Below are positions 38,983-52,754 of a stretch of DNA of 64,000 nucleotides, one piece after another. The translations under genes and the position numbers were made by a program. This DNA comes from Octopus sinensis (taxonomy: Eukaryota). Where the stretch lies: contig NC_043004.1 in assembly GCF_006345805.1 (NCBI RefSeq), positions 61,194,001 to 61,258,000 on the forward strand, written 5' to 3'. Under the pieces are notes generated by a model. The model made no database searches, was not told where the DNA came from, and was given only the letters and a program-made list of their open reading frames with translations. Each line of letters starts with the position of its first letter. Position 1 is the first letter of the stretch.

Positions 38983-40452
38983 GAGTAAGAGAGAGAAACA
39001 CGTGAATACACTGATGTAAATATGTATTTATGAATATATATATGAACGTGTTTGTTTGTGTTCACGTTCCTCTGTGTATAAACGAGTATACATGCATATA
39101 TGTATGTATGTATTTAAATATGTGTGTGTGTGTGTGTGTGTGTGTTGTCTATGTCCCTGTAACTTAGCGGCTCAACGAATGAGACTGGTAGAAAAAGTGC
39201 CAAACATGAATCGTATAGAGGTTGATTTGTTCACTGAAACCCTTCAAGCCTGTGCTCCAGCATGGCAGTAGTATAAGTAATCAAACAGGGTAAATGTAAT
39301 GATAAAAGGCAAAAGTCATCGGATTTCCTAGAAATCGCAGCCATATATCCCAAAATCGAATAATACTGTCTTAAAACATGAAGCACACATCTAATAATCT
39401 AATATTCAATAAATAAGACTCGAAAAAGAAATGATGGTATAATCACGACATGTAGAGATTTGATCACATAACCGTTTTTTGAAGTGACTCAGGATTAAAC
39501 GACAGTCAAAAATATCTTCCATTAAGTTATATTTTGTACTTCACTTCACAAATTCTGACATCCAAAACCTGGATGTCACATTGTAGTTGCCCTCTCCGAA
39601 TTTCCAAACGTTCTGAAATAACATCAGAAAGCTTTTAACCAAATGTTGTATATCACAGAATGTAAAAGTTTCGGAGAGTTCGTAAAATCCATGAAAATGG
39701 ATTGAAAATTAAATCCTGGGATGTAGTTAATACGTAACAATTCACTGAAATAGTAAATAACTTTTTTGTATGTAGGCGTATGACGTATGAATTGCATCAA
39801 GTGGTTCTGAGTGCCGTCTTAGTATGTGGCTTTCTTTAAACAAGTGTCATCTGCTGTATCTTTGCGAACGAAGTAAAATGGATGGAAAGTGCGTAGCAGT
39901 TCGTTTCATTCATTCATACATACATACATACATGCATACATACATACATTACATACATGCATGTATACATAAATATATACATGCATGCATGCATATATAA
40001 ATACATACATATGTATATTAGGGCTAAAAGCTACTATGTGGACAGCCATATGCTAGAAGATCACATATGATCTAACTACAAAGAAAGAATGTCCTCCAGA
40101 AAAAATTCAGTGGCCTTTTGTCTGGAGAACATTCTTTCTTTGTAGTTAGATCGTATGTGATCTTCTTCTAGCATATGGCTGTCCACATGGTGGTTTTTTA
40201 GCCCTAATATACACATGTATTGAAATTTTCTCTGACTTTTCAGATTTTTTATATTCTAGGCTTTTGGTTTTAAATTGATATTAATTAATTTAATTTTCAA
40301 TTTATCTCCCTCACTATTTAAATACATACATACATATATGCATGTATACTCGTTTATACACAGAGGAACGTGAACACAAACAAACACGTTCATATATATA
40401 TTCATAAATACATATTTACATCAGTGTATTCACGTGTTTCTCTCTCTTACTC

Positions 40453-40513
<61 letters not shown>

Positions 40514-40655
40514 CATAGAGTAAGAGAGAGAAACACGTGAATACACTGATGTAAATATGTATTTATGAATATATATATGAACGTGTTTGTTTGTGTTCAC
40601 GTTCCTCTGTGTATAAACGAGTATACATGCATATATGTATGTATGTATTTAAATA
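37591..40655. repeat. Tandem duplication, period 1530 bp, 2 copies
   Basis: 37591-39120 is repeated from 39121 with only scattered substitutions. Confidence 0.95.
38785..39120. repeat. ~336-bp palindrome centred on (TA)n; repeated at 40315-40655
   Basis: Arms read as exact reverse complements by inspection. Confidence 0.9.
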
Positions 40656-42179
40656 TGTGTGTGTGTGTGTGTGTGTTTCTGTGTGCGCGCGTGTGTATGT
40701 GTGTGTGTATGTATGTATATATTCATGCATATATATTTATGCCTGAATATATGCTTATATATTATGTATGTGTGTGTTTAGGCGCGGGACTCGGTCTGTC
40801 TATCTGTATATATATCTCTTTCTTGCACTCGAAATATATATAGAAAGACATGAAATATATATTTTATTATATTTTTAATCTAGAAACGCGTTCGTAAATG
40901 ACCGTTAGACTTTGTTTTCGTTATTTATTCCTTCTGTTTTGCATATGTGAATTACAGGGATATGTCGTATGTGGAGTCTCATTTGTAGAAAATAGAAATA
41001 AACAGTCTCTGACTGCTATTTCTAATTTTCTCGGTATGCGGCTAAGCAACCTGGTGCCTGCTTCTTTTATATATAAAGAGATGGAGATAGAAGCTACTAT
41101 TTCCATGCTTGTTGAAAAATAGAGGCTTTAATGAAACATTTATAAAACTTCCACAGCACTATTGCTCCATATGTACGAAGAGACATGAAAATTTTTTTTA
41201 AATATTACTTTATTCATCCATCGCCAGTCGAATTTCAAGGTACAAAATTATTTCGAAATAAGAGTGAAAGAAAGCTAAACTTCCTTATCAGGTTCCACGA
41301 TGCTTCTGCCTAGAGGCAAATTCAAAGATACCCATACAAAAAGAGGGAGAGATAGAAGCTATTATTTCCGTTGAAAAATAGATGTTTTAATTCATCTTGA
41401 TACGAATAAAAGCTGTCTGCGGGCGATACGTACAGAATAATTGTTAAAATTTACTGTGAGTTAATAGTGACTATAGTTTCAGGTTTAACTTGTAAATTAA
41501 ATAAATCAGTTTCTAAAAAAATGAATTTAATTTAAAATTGTCAAGTTTGAACTTCCTTAGCACCATCGCTCCTTCTTTACGAAGAAGCATGAAACACTTT
41601 TTTTAAATATTAGCACAATGACAGATGAATGCTCAATAGATTTTGTTGAGGATATGATTTATTTCAAAACTGAGACTAAAGTCACAATACAAACTCAGCT
41701 TTTTATAGTTTTAATTAAAACTATATATATATATATATATACATACATACATATCTATATATATACACATATAATATACATAGATATGTGGGAGGGAATG
41801 CGTTAGCATTATCTCAATATCATTATGCAAATTCTGTAATTGTTCTGTCGGATGATCAAAAAGTGGATTTCGATGAAATAAATAACAAGATTGAAATACT
41901 GGGGTCGTTATAATCGATGAAATACTTGGAGGCTTTGTGCGAATATGGTGGTAGGATAATGACGGAAACGAGAAAAGAAATAAATGGAAACAAAATTAAT
42001 TCAATAAGTTGTAATGATTGAAAATTCATACTTTAATTAACAGTTTAATTCCAATTAAAGAAAGATATTTGATTTTCTTTGAATTTTGCTTTTGAAATTT
42101 GTGCAAAATTGAACATATTGATTTTGGCTAAAAGCTTCATATTAGAAATCAATTATTATAGTTAGGTAATGAATTTCAA

Positions 42180-42620
42180 GAAAAACTAGCTATTGTTAAC
42201 GCAACCATGACGGGACTTTGAGAAAATTGTGAAACATAAAAGGAGTGTCGCAAAGAAGAAAGGATACGGTGTAAAATCAATATATCCCGTAATAATATAT
42301 GCATGTGAAAGCCGGACAATTAGCCAAGCTACAAATATAATTGTTGCATATCAAACGTAGTTGCAGCATATATTATTGAGACTATCGTGAACAGAAAGAC
42401 GAAGAAATTGATCAATAATGTAATAAGAGAAACCTTAGTGTATTTTAAAAATGCTGATTGTGAATTACTGATGAGTATTCTTTGGTGATATTAAGAGGTG
42501 TGGAAGAGAGCAGCATTGCATTTGTAAAATGAAAGGTTCCAAAAAGTGAAGGGACGATCAAGTAGGAGATGGGTTGATAGGGAGAAGAATACGAGTGAGA
42601 TATACGTAAAAGGAGAGAAC
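42180..42620 (+). mobile_element. Degraded RTE-like LINE 3' end
   Basis: IYACESRTI..LLRLS*TE and GRSSRRWVD resemble RTE C-terminal YGCESWT/GRPRxRWxD motifs. Confidence 0.6.
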
Positions 42621-42724
42621 AAAAATTAAAACTCTGGAAAGTTGAGAGTCTGATACAAATAAAACGTTAAGCAAATAATATTCAAATTTCGGATCAAAGT
42701 CAGCAACCATCTGGGTCCCTGTAT

Positions 42725-42868
42725 GCAAACAGTACTTATTTTACCGACCCCGAAAGGAGGAATGGCAAAGTCGATCTCGATGAAATTTGAACTCAGAATG
42801 TAAAGACGGACCAAATGCCGCTATGCATTTTACCTGGCGTGCTAACGATGCCGACAGCTTGCTGCCTT
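42725..42868 (-). mobile_element. SINE family C fragment
   Basis: GTACTTATTTTACCGACCCCGAAAGG..GGCAAAGTCGA..TTTGAACTCAGAA. Confidence 0.75.
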
Positions 42869-43096
42869 AGAAAGACTACTGCAAATTAATCACTGGGAGA
42901 GTAGATAAATATATAAGAGAAAAAGAAATCTTATTAATTTCTTGTGTAGTAAGAGGTTTAAATAAAAAATAAAAAACACTATTGATGTGAATTGAACTTA
43001 GGTGCAAAACTGCGCAAAAATATACCAAAGTTATTTTAATCTGGTTTCAGATAGCCACAAATAATCCTTTCTGCTATAGGCACAAAGCATGAAATC

Positions 43097-43236
43097 ATGA
43101 GATCACCATGTCGCGCACATATTGTTGTGATGCATGTGCCTAGTGTACCCTGGTCAGACGGGTAGTCATGATGGGTATACTGGGCTTCGTATATTTTACC
43201 CGTGTCACTTTGATGGCATGCTCTGCTCTCTCACTC

Positions 43237-43240
<4 letters not shown>
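43097..43240. mobile_element. Terminal fragment of a (TAA)n-associated repeat
   Basis: Homologous to 51228-51320 and 52207-52300; abuts (TAA)n. Confidence 0.55.
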
Positions 43241-43286
<46 letters not shown>

Positions 43287-43454
43287 TAATAATAATAATA
43301 TTAATAAAAAGCCAAGTTCCAAATAGACAAGAGCCATGACTCACCCATTAAGAGGATGTGTAGCAGTAAAATGGTTACATCGACCCTATTCTTTTTTATC
43401 ATCGGAAGGATGAAAGCAAACGCAACCTCGGCGAGGTTTGAACGCAAAACCTAA

Positions 43455-43665
43455 AATATGTATGTGCGTGGGTGTTTGTGTGTCAGTGTTTGTCCCCCCA
43501 CCATTGTGTTTACGTCACCCGTAACTTAGCGGTTCAGCAAAAGAGACTGATAGAATAAGTACTAGGCTTACAAAGAATAAGTCCTGGGGTCGATTTACTC
43601 GACTAGAAGGCGGTGCTCCTGCATGGCCGCAGTCGAATGACTAAAACAAGTAAAAGAAAGAAAGA
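43455..43665 (+). mobile_element. SINE family A 3' half
   Basis: CGTAACTTAGCGGTTC..AAGAATAAGTCCTGGGGTCGAT..GGCGGTGCTCC. Confidence 0.8.
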
Positions 43666-43974
43666 AAGTAAGTACCATGTCTTGTAATTTGCGGAAAAAA
43701 GTCCCTTTGCGATCTCTGCATCAGGTTGCTGTCCACTCTCAGAGGATCAACCAGAACAAGAGAATGGTGGACACTAAGGAGTTAGTACATAACAATTCAT
43801 TGAGATAGTAAATAGGCGCATGAAATATGAATGGCATCAAATGGTTATGATTTATTACATGACTGTATGGTGTGAGATAGTTAAAGCATTTAGGCAGCAA
43901 ATCACCTCTTTAGCATTTATCCATTCAAATCTATTTTGTTAGGCTAAAATTATTTGCATTATAAGTCAGGTGAC

Positions 43975-44192
43975 AAATAACGACACTGTCTATCTTTCTT
44001 TCCCTCTTTTTCTCGCTGACCGCGGGTGTATCGTTGGTGATTTTTTACCTCCGTCTCCCCTTCCTTGTATATTTCCTTTTCGTACGATTCTGACAAAGAG
44101 CTCCGCTCGAAACGTTAAATCTTCCTTCTTTCTTTCTTTTCCTGATGAACACTCACCTTGTTCCACGTCCTCGCGTTGTTGTGTTTTCTCTT

Positions 44193-44195
<3 letters not shown>
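43975..44195 (+). mobile_element. Second solo pseudo-LTR with minimal hammerhead (44086-44121)
   Basis: GAUU-CUGACAA-a-GAGC-ucc-GCUC-GAAACGUUA-AAUC (G8-to-A change); ends at (TA)n. Confidence 0.7.
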
Positions 44196-44224
<29 letters not shown>

Positions 44225-44246
44225 TATAGATATACACAACTGTATG

Positions 44247-44291
<45 letters not shown>

Positions 44292-44515
44292 TTGCGTCAG
44301 AAATTAATTAACACTTCTCAAATTTCTACATTAAATAGGTTAAATCAATTAACCTATGAGCTGTTCAAAACGTCTTACGCGATGAGAAAACTTAGTATGG
44401 TGTGATTTCGGTCCTTGCGAGGCGCTACCTATATCTATTAAACGAAGGAAGATTTGTCTGCATCCGCACTCCAAGTTGTTATTGCACTGCTATGTCAACA
44501 TCATAACATATACAG

Positions 44516-44560
<45 letters not shown>

Positions 44561-44646
44561 ATATACACATATATATATATACATATATATACATATATAT
44601 ACATATATATATACATATATATATACATACATATATATATACATAC

Positions 44647-44679
<33 letters not shown>

Positions 44680-44804
44680 CATATATATATGTATTATATA
44701 TATATATATAATACATATATACATATAAAGATTACATGCACACACACAGACGCATGCACACACATGCACACGCACACACACACACATACATATATATATA
44801 CATA

Positions 44805-46111
44805 CAGGATGGCACCGAGAGGACGGACGTTTTAGAAATGGCTATTAATCAGCCTTAGGAGGAGGGACATATGTCCTGTGGTACCATTCGATCTGGGGTG
44901 TCTTAACATTTTTTAAGGTGAAGCCATGGCGCTGTGGATGGTAGGTCGTCGCGTGTTTGCCTACAATAGTTACGTGAAGAATAACGAGTCTGTTACAGAA
45001 GTGCAGCGTGAGTTTCAGCGCCACTTCAACTTTCACGGAAATCAGGTTGTTCCCACCCGTAACACAATATTAGGTACACGTGGTACACTAGAGAATAGGA
45101 GACTGCTGACTGTGCTACGAACGGTACGGACTCCGGAATACATCAGACAAGCTTTGATACGGAGTTCGAATCGCTCTATTCGGAGGCATTCCAATGAACT
45201 TGGCATCGGTAATCGATCGGTAAGGTGCATTTTGCATGAAGACCTACATTTCCGCCTATAGAAGTTGGTCATTGGGCAATAATTGAAACCATGGGTCTAT
45301 GCACAGCAGCTTAACTTCGCATGTCAGGTGGAAGCAATTTGTGAGCCAAATGACAACATCATTTTGTTAATGAGTGATGAAGCTCAATTTCATCTCAATG
45401 GCAATGTGAATCATCAGAACTGTCGTTATTGGGCTCTTGAAAACCCGAGAGTGCACAAAAGACCACTACACAGCCCAAAAGTGACGGTTTGGTGTGCTGT
45501 TGGAAAAGCTGCTGTTAGTGGTCATTACATTTTTGAAGGCAATAATGGAAATGCTGTTACTGTGAACTCCGAGCGTTACATCGAGATGACGAACAATTTC
45601 TCTGTGCCTGAATTACGATGGAAGCGTATGCCTATTCAATGTGTATGATTTCATCAGGATGGGGCGACGTTCCACACAACCAGAATTCCAATGGACGTTC
45701 TTCGCTTTTTCTTAGGTGATCGCCTCAATTCCAGGTTTACTGATATTCTTTGGATCCCTCGGTCCCCTGATTTGTTCATATATTATTATTTCTTGTTGGG
45801 AAACCTTAAGGAACGTGTGTATGCGCATAAGCCACGTACATTGGACGATTTGAAGGAACCAATTCACGTGGAAGCCGTCCAAATCGACAGAGCAATGCTT
45901 GAGAGAGTGGAGACCAATTTCCAAGAACCATGAAAACCGACACCACATGCATCCATGAAAACCGACACCACATGGTTAATGTTTTTTTTTTCACATATAA
46001 TTTCCACAAATGCTAATTCGATAGAAATAAATGTCAATGAAATTTGTTTGGGGATAAAATTAATGGTTTTGTGAATATTTCAAAAACGTCGGTCTTCTCT
46101 GCCACACTCTG
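44805..46111 (+). mobile_element. Degraded rosa/Visitor (DD41D) transposon
   Basis: TA-flanked TIRs CAGGATGGCACCGAGAGGACGGACGTTTT / AAAACGTCGGTCTTCTCTGCCACACTCTG; MSDEAQF..NHQNCRYW, HQDGAT..PRSPDL with 41-residue spacing (third Asp mutated). Confidence 0.9.
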
Positions 46112-46195
46112 TATATATGTATATATATACGTGTGCGTGCACATGCATGGATGCGCACACACATACACACATACTCTATCGCGCACACACTCATG

Positions 46196-46255
<60 letters not shown>

Positions 46256-46274
46256 TAACAAGTTGTGTGTGTGC

Positions 46275-46315
<41 letters not shown>

Positions 46316-46606
46316 CGGAAGAGAGTGTATCAACGACAACACTAACGGAAAGATGGAAAATTTAACCATCCTCTATCAACAGACAGCTCATAATCACGAC
46401 TTTATTAAGAACTAAAATATTTCAACACGTGCTGCTAAACAAAATGGTTCTAAATAATAGCAAAAGTGAATCTACCGTCTTAAACAAAATGATTGGTGAA
46501 TCAACGTACTTACTTTTATTCAGTTTCTATCTCCCTATTTCTGAAACTTCCAAAATGTTATTATTCATCTGGATATACTTTTAGCACATGAATTAGTAAA
46601 CATTTA

Positions 46607-47738
46607 TCTATATATATAAAACTCAACTTGTGTGTCTGTGTGTGTATCTGTGTGTGTATATGTGTGTGCATATGTGTGTGTGTCTGTGTGTTTAGCTTCC
46701 CGGCACATCTCCTCCTAGCCAACAAATCGTAGAACCACCAAAAATGGGTCACTTAAAGTTTGGGCGAATGAAAATTGAACTGCGCTATTTCTGTTCCGAA
46801 ATTCATCTCGCAAGTGCAAAAATCGATAATGTGTTTGTTTAGGCCTTATCCCATGCATTGAATAGTGAACTTTACTCAGTCAGCTGTTTCATGTGAACTG
46901 TGTTCACCATGCGTGCAAGCATGCGTAAATTGCACGAAAAATAAAAAATCAAGATATGAAAACGAATCGCAATAAACATTGTAGAAATTCGGCAAAGAAA
47001 TGAATTTTCGGGATGTAGCCTGGAGGGTTTTTTCGTATTAATCGTTTGGACTTTACGAACACATACCAATTGTTTTCATAACATTTTTAACGCTTTGAAT
47101 TAAAGTGACCATTTTGCGATGTGTCTGCAGTTTGAATCACTTTAACCAAATTTTAGCAGGCCGGATTTTTGATCATCACGATACATCGCCAGCGACTGCC
47201 TGAAACCTTCCCCTGAAATCCCTGTTGAGAAATCTATATATAAAAAACTCAACTTGTGTGTCTGCGTGTGTGTCTGTGTGTTTAACTTTTGGATCTATCA
47301 AGTTTCATTATTAAGGATGGAAAGTAGTGTGTAGCAAATCTCTATATATAAAGCTGAAGTTGTCTGTGTGTGGCAGGTTTGGTAACCTTCATCTAACACT
47401 ATCTCCTTCGAGACCCTGCAGCACAAGTTGATCAAAATTGAGAGTATGATAGAAGAAGGCTTGCTCTTCATTCTGTAGAAGATAAAATTCAAATCGGACC
47501 ATGTTAACACCAAAAATTATTTACATCAAAAAGGTGCTTTTTTTCTATGAAAATCCCTAATTTTTACGATTTTTGACTGATGTGTCACCATTTTTCGGTG
47601 TATTTCAACTGGAAAAATGTGTACTTGAAGATAATAACAAGTTGCATAATGCAAAATTTTTACTTTTCAAAAATTTTACTTTTCAAAATTTTTACTTTTC
47701 AAAAATTCCAATTCTAAAGGGTCGAAACACCGGGTGAT
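46607..47738 (+). mobile_element. Composite non-autonomous Helitron with three stacked 5' termini; 3' end damaged
   Basis: TCTATATAT starts at 46607, 47233 and ~47340; 47233-47738 matches the reverse complement of 2809-3317. Confidence 0.8.
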
Positions 47739-47746
47739 ATATAAAT

Positions 47747-48040
47747 GTGGAGGCGCAATGGCCCATTGATTAGGGCAGCGGACTCGCGGTCGTAGGACCG
47801 CGGTTTCGATTCCCAGACCGGGCGTTGTGAATGTTTATTGAGCGAAAACACCTAAAGCTCCACGAAGCTCCGTCAGGGGAATATAACGATCCCTGCTGTA
47901 CTCTTTCGCCACAATTTTCTCTCATTCTTTCTTCTGTTGGCCTGCTCACTTAGCCAGCTTCATTTGAAGGGTAAAATAATGTGAAGCGCATTGTGACCAG
48001 CGATGGGTAGCAACATCTGATAGCCTGGTCGGTCACGGTG
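47747..48040 (+). mobile_element. SINE family B
   Basis: Same tRNA-like head as 19005. Confidence 0.85.
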
Positions 48041-48064
48041 GGAATATATACATACACATTCTAA

Positions 48065-48284
48065 CTACTCTCTTTACTCTTTACTCTTTTACTTGTTTCA
48101 GTCATTTGACTGCGGCCATGCTGGAGCACCGCCTTTAGTCGAGCAAATCGACCCCGGGACTTATTCTTTGTAAGCCCAGTACTTATTCTATCGGTCTCTT
48201 TTGCCGAACCGCTAAGTGACGGGGACGTAAACACACCAGCATCGGTTGTCAAGCAATGCTAGGGGGACAAACACAGACACACAA

Positions 48285-48315
<31 letters not shown>

Positions 48316-48491
48316 CATACATATATATGACAGGCTTCTTTCAGTTTCCGTCTACCAAATCCACTCACAAGGAATTGGTCGACCCGGGGCCATAGTAGAA
48401 GACACTTGCCCAAGATGCCACACAGTGGGACTGAACCCGGAACCATGTGGTTGGTTAGCAAGCTACTTACCACACAGCCACTCCTGCGCCT
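48065..48491 (-). mobile_element. SINE family A, full length
   Basis: Complete reverse-complement copy with (CTCTTTTA)n tail. Confidence 0.9.
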
Positions 48492-48709
48492 ACTGTGTAC
48501 TTCCTGTGCAACGATGTTGTTAAACCTCCATTAACAGCACCGTATACAGCTCCTTTCCGTTTTCTTTCACGAATTTTCATTTGTGCGAGCAGTCGAGCTT
48601 ATTTCAGACATTCTTATTTTAAAAATCATCTCCAACTAATCGTCCAGAGAAAGTTGATGTTGCCTTGGCGGAGTTTTGCGCTCTTTGAGGGACATTGTTA
48701 TTATTATTA

Positions 48710-48767
<58 letters not shown>

Positions 48768-48924
48768 ATTAGTTTACGTTTGACTTTTGCTTTGCATTTG
48801 TACAAGTTGGTTCCAACTCTCACCCAGAGATATCAAAAGATAACAAGTTAGAAGTTGTGTTATGCCATATATTTGGTTTAGCACATAGTCTTGCTCTAGT
48901 GAATGCAAAATTAATATCTAAGCT

Positions 48925-49064
48925 TTTCGTGCTAGTTACGAGTCCAAACATCCCTAAAAGTTTCATCCGAAACCATTCTGCAGTTCTTGAGATATCTTGT
49001 CGACGGAGAAATAAACAAACAAAATCACGGTTGAAAGCAATAGCACCGCCTTTGCTAAGTAGGA

Positions 49065-49068
<4 letters not shown>
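48925..49068 (-). mobile_element. Helentron-associated (HINE/DINE-like) element fragment
   Basis: Terminus TTATTACCTCC..GGCGG hairpin plus (TTTG)n; opposite terminus TTGGCGGAG..GCGCTCT seen at 48664-48695. Confidence 0.6.
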
Positions 49069-49161
<93 letters not shown>

Positions 49162-49282
49162 GTGATGATGACGATGATGATGACGATGACGATGACGATG
49201 GCGATGATGATGATGATGATGAGGATGATCATAATAATAATAATAAATAATAATAATAATAATAATAATAATATTAATAATA

Positions 49283-49351
<69 letters not shown>

Positions 49352-49433
49352 TATAATAATAATAATAATAATGATGATGATGATATGATGATGATGATGA
49401 TGATGATGATTGATGATGATGATGAGGATGATC

Positions 49434-49476
<43 letters not shown>

Positions 49477-49556
49477 TTAATAATATTAATAATAATAATA
49501 ATAATAATAATATAATATTAATAATAATAAATAATAATAATAATAATAATAATAAT

Positions 49557-49591
<35 letters not shown>

Positions 49592-49691
49592 TGATGATGA
49601 TGTGATGATGATGATGATGATGATGATGGTATTGATGACGATGATGATGACGATGACGATGGCGATGATGATGATGATGATGATGAGGAGG

Positions 49692-49724
<33 letters not shown>

Positions 49725-49967
49725 GTATTGATGACGATGATGATGACGCTGACGATGGCGATGATGATGATGATGATGATGATGAGGATGATCATAATAA
49801 TAATAATAATAATAATATAATAATAATAATAATAATAAAAATAATAATAATAAAAATAATAATATCAATAATAATAATAATATTAATATTAATAATATTA
49901 ATAATAATAATAATAATAATATATAATAATATAATAATAATAATAATAATAATAAAAATAAAATATC

Positions 49968-50000
<33 letters not shown>

Positions 50001-50039
50001 TTAATATATTAATAATATAATAATATAATAATATTAATA

Positions 50040-50075
<36 letters not shown>

Positions 50076-50124
50076 TAATAATATTAATAATATTAATAAT
50101 AATAATAATAATAATATTAATAAT

Positions 50125-50162
<38 letters not shown>

Positions 50163-50205
50163 TAATAATATCATAATAATAATAAATAATAATAATAATA
50201 ATAAT

Positions 50206-50244
<39 letters not shown>

Positions 50245-50553
50245 AATAATAAAAATAATATATTAATAATAATAATAATAATAATATAATAATAATAAAT
50301 AATATAATAATAATAATAATAATAAAAATAAAAATAATAATATTAATAATATTAATAATATAATAATAATAATATTAATAATATTAATAATATTAATAAT
50401 AATATAAAAATAATAATATTAATAATATTAATAATAAATAATAATAATAATAAAAATAATAATATCAATAATAATAATAATAATAATAATAATATTAATA
50501 ATATTAATAATAATAATAATAATAATAAAAATAATAATAATAAAAATAATAAT

Positions 50554-50591
<38 letters not shown>

Positions 50592-50727
50592 TAATAATAT
50601 TAATAATAATAATAATAATAATAATATATAATAATAATATAATATAATAATATTAATAATAATAATAATATAATAATAAAAATAAAAATAATAATATTAA
50701 TAATATTAATAATAATAATAATAATAT

Positions 50728-50762
<35 letters not shown>

Positions 50763-50830
50763 CATAATAATAATATAATAATAATAATAATAATAATATT
50801 AATAATATTAATAATAATAATAATAATAAT
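49066..50830. repeat. ~1.76-kb compound (TAA)n/(TGA)n trinucleotide tract with higher-order repeats
   Basis: Directly visible; recurring GATGACGATGGCGATG..GAGGATGATCATAAT block. Confidence 0.95.
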
Positions 50831-51731
50831 ACACATGGTCTGATGCATTATCAGGCACTGGCTCTCATGCCATTTGATCTTAACTGATTGGAATTTTTAT
50901 CATTTACTTGTTTTGTCTTCATATAAAACATAAGCTAAACCAAATATTCTACTCAGTACCACAGATTTGATTGTCACTTATTGGACCTCAACCATTTCAG
51001 CAGAATGTGGTGGCTGACGATATGTCCATCCTTGATCACGAGCAGAAATTGTTGGGGAGCACCTTAGCTACATATTGAGAAGAATTCTTTGTGGTTTCCC
51101 AAAGTTACCTCTGGAAACATCCTTAAACAAAGCTTATTCAATTACAATTTAAGTGGGATGGATCACTCGACCTGAAGTAAATTCGAACTAAGTCCCACCT
51201 ACAAGGCCAGGTGCTGTTTATCTTGGTATGAGGTCACTCTGTCGGTCGCACACATATGATTATCAAGCATGTGCTTGGGTTTTCTTATATTTTAACCCAG
51301 TGCACAGCTCTCTAACTCAATAGGAATAACAACAAGAGCACTGACAGAGAGGAAACCTCTGCCAAGTCAACACCAATGTCCTCTCAGTGATTAGCCAGAG
51401 ATGATTTTTAAAATGTGAATATCTGAAATAAACTCGACTGATCTCAAACGGGAATACTAAAAATGAACCTGACAGCTCTCAAATATGAAGCAAAAAAAAA
51501 GAGGAAAATAATCCAGAATCCCTGTCCGGTGCCGGATCGATCCCAGATTCTAATCAGTTCGTGCTAGTCACGAGGCCAGACATCCCTGAAAATTAGATCC
51601 GAATCCATCCAGCGGTTCTTAAGATATCTTGTCCACGGTCAAGCAAACAAACAAACAAACACGATTAAAAATAATAGCTCCGCTTTCCGTAAGGCGGAGA
51701 TAATAATAATATAATAATAATAATAATAATA

Positions 51732-51770
<39 letters not shown>

Positions 51771-52704
51771 TAATAATATTAATAATATTAATAATAATAA
51801 TAATAATAATACACATGGTCTGATGCATTATCAGGCACTGGCTCTCATGCCATTTGATCTTAACTGATTGGAATTTTTATCATTTACTTGTTTTGTCTTC
51901 ATATAAAACATAAGCTAAACCAAATATTCTACTCAGTACCACAGATTTGATTGTCACTTATTGGCCTCAACCATTTCAGCAGAATGTGGTGGCTGACGAT
52001 ATGTCCATCGTTGATCACGAGCAGAAATTGTTGGGGAGCACCTTAGCTACATATTGAGAAGAATTCTTTGTGGTTTCCCAAAGTTACCTCTGGAAACATC
52101 CTTAAACAAAGCTTATTCAATTACAATTTAAGTGGGATGGATCACTCGACCTGAAGTAAATTCGAACTAAGTCCCACCTACAAGGCCAGGTGCTGTTTAT
52201 CTTGGTATGAGGTCACTCTGTCGGTCGCACACATATGATTATCAAGCATGTGCTTGGGTTTTCTTATATTTTAACCCAGTGCACAGCTCTCTAACTCAAT
52301 AGGAATAACAACAAGAGCACTGACAGAGAGGAACCTCTGCCAAGTCAACACCAATGTCCTCTCAGTGATTAGCCAGAGATGATTTTTAAAATGTGAATAT
52401 CTGAAATAAACTCGACTGATCTCAAACGGGAATACTAAAAATGAACCTGACAGCTCTCAAATATGAAGCAAAAAAAAAGAGGAAAATAATCCAGAATCCC
52501 TGTCCGGTGCCGGATCGATCCCAGATTCTAATCAGTTCGTGCTAGTCACGAGGCCAGACATCCCTGAAAATTAGATCCGAATCCATCCAGCGGTTCTTAA
52601 GATATCTTGTCCACGGTCAAGCAAACAAACAAACAAACACGATTAAAAATAATAGCTCCGCTTTCCGTAAGGCGGAGATAATAATAATAATAATAATAAT
52701 AATA

Positions 52705-52750
<46 letters not shown>
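50831..52750. repeat. Tandem duplication, period 980 bp, 2 copies, breakpoints in (TAA)n
   Basis: ACACATGGTCTGATGC at 50831 and 51811; copies near-identical. Confidence 0.95.
51331..51703 (-). mobile_element. HINE/DINE-like Helentron non-autonomous element (duplicate at 52310-52682)
   Basis: Subterminal inverted repeat CTCCGCC / GGCAGAGG, terminal hairpin CTCCGC..GCGGAG, (TTTG)n, T-rich ends. Confidence 0.7.
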
Positions 52751-52751
<1 letters not shown>

Positions 52752-52754
52752 TAA

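Noticed and set aside
43097-43240. HDV-like or twister ribozyme in the TAA-terminal repeat
   Set aside because: Local pairings exist, but I could not build the required pseudoknot or core by eye.
49410-49868. Poly-Met/Ile/Asn/His ORFs
   Set aside because: Translations of the (TGA)n/(TAA)n tract.
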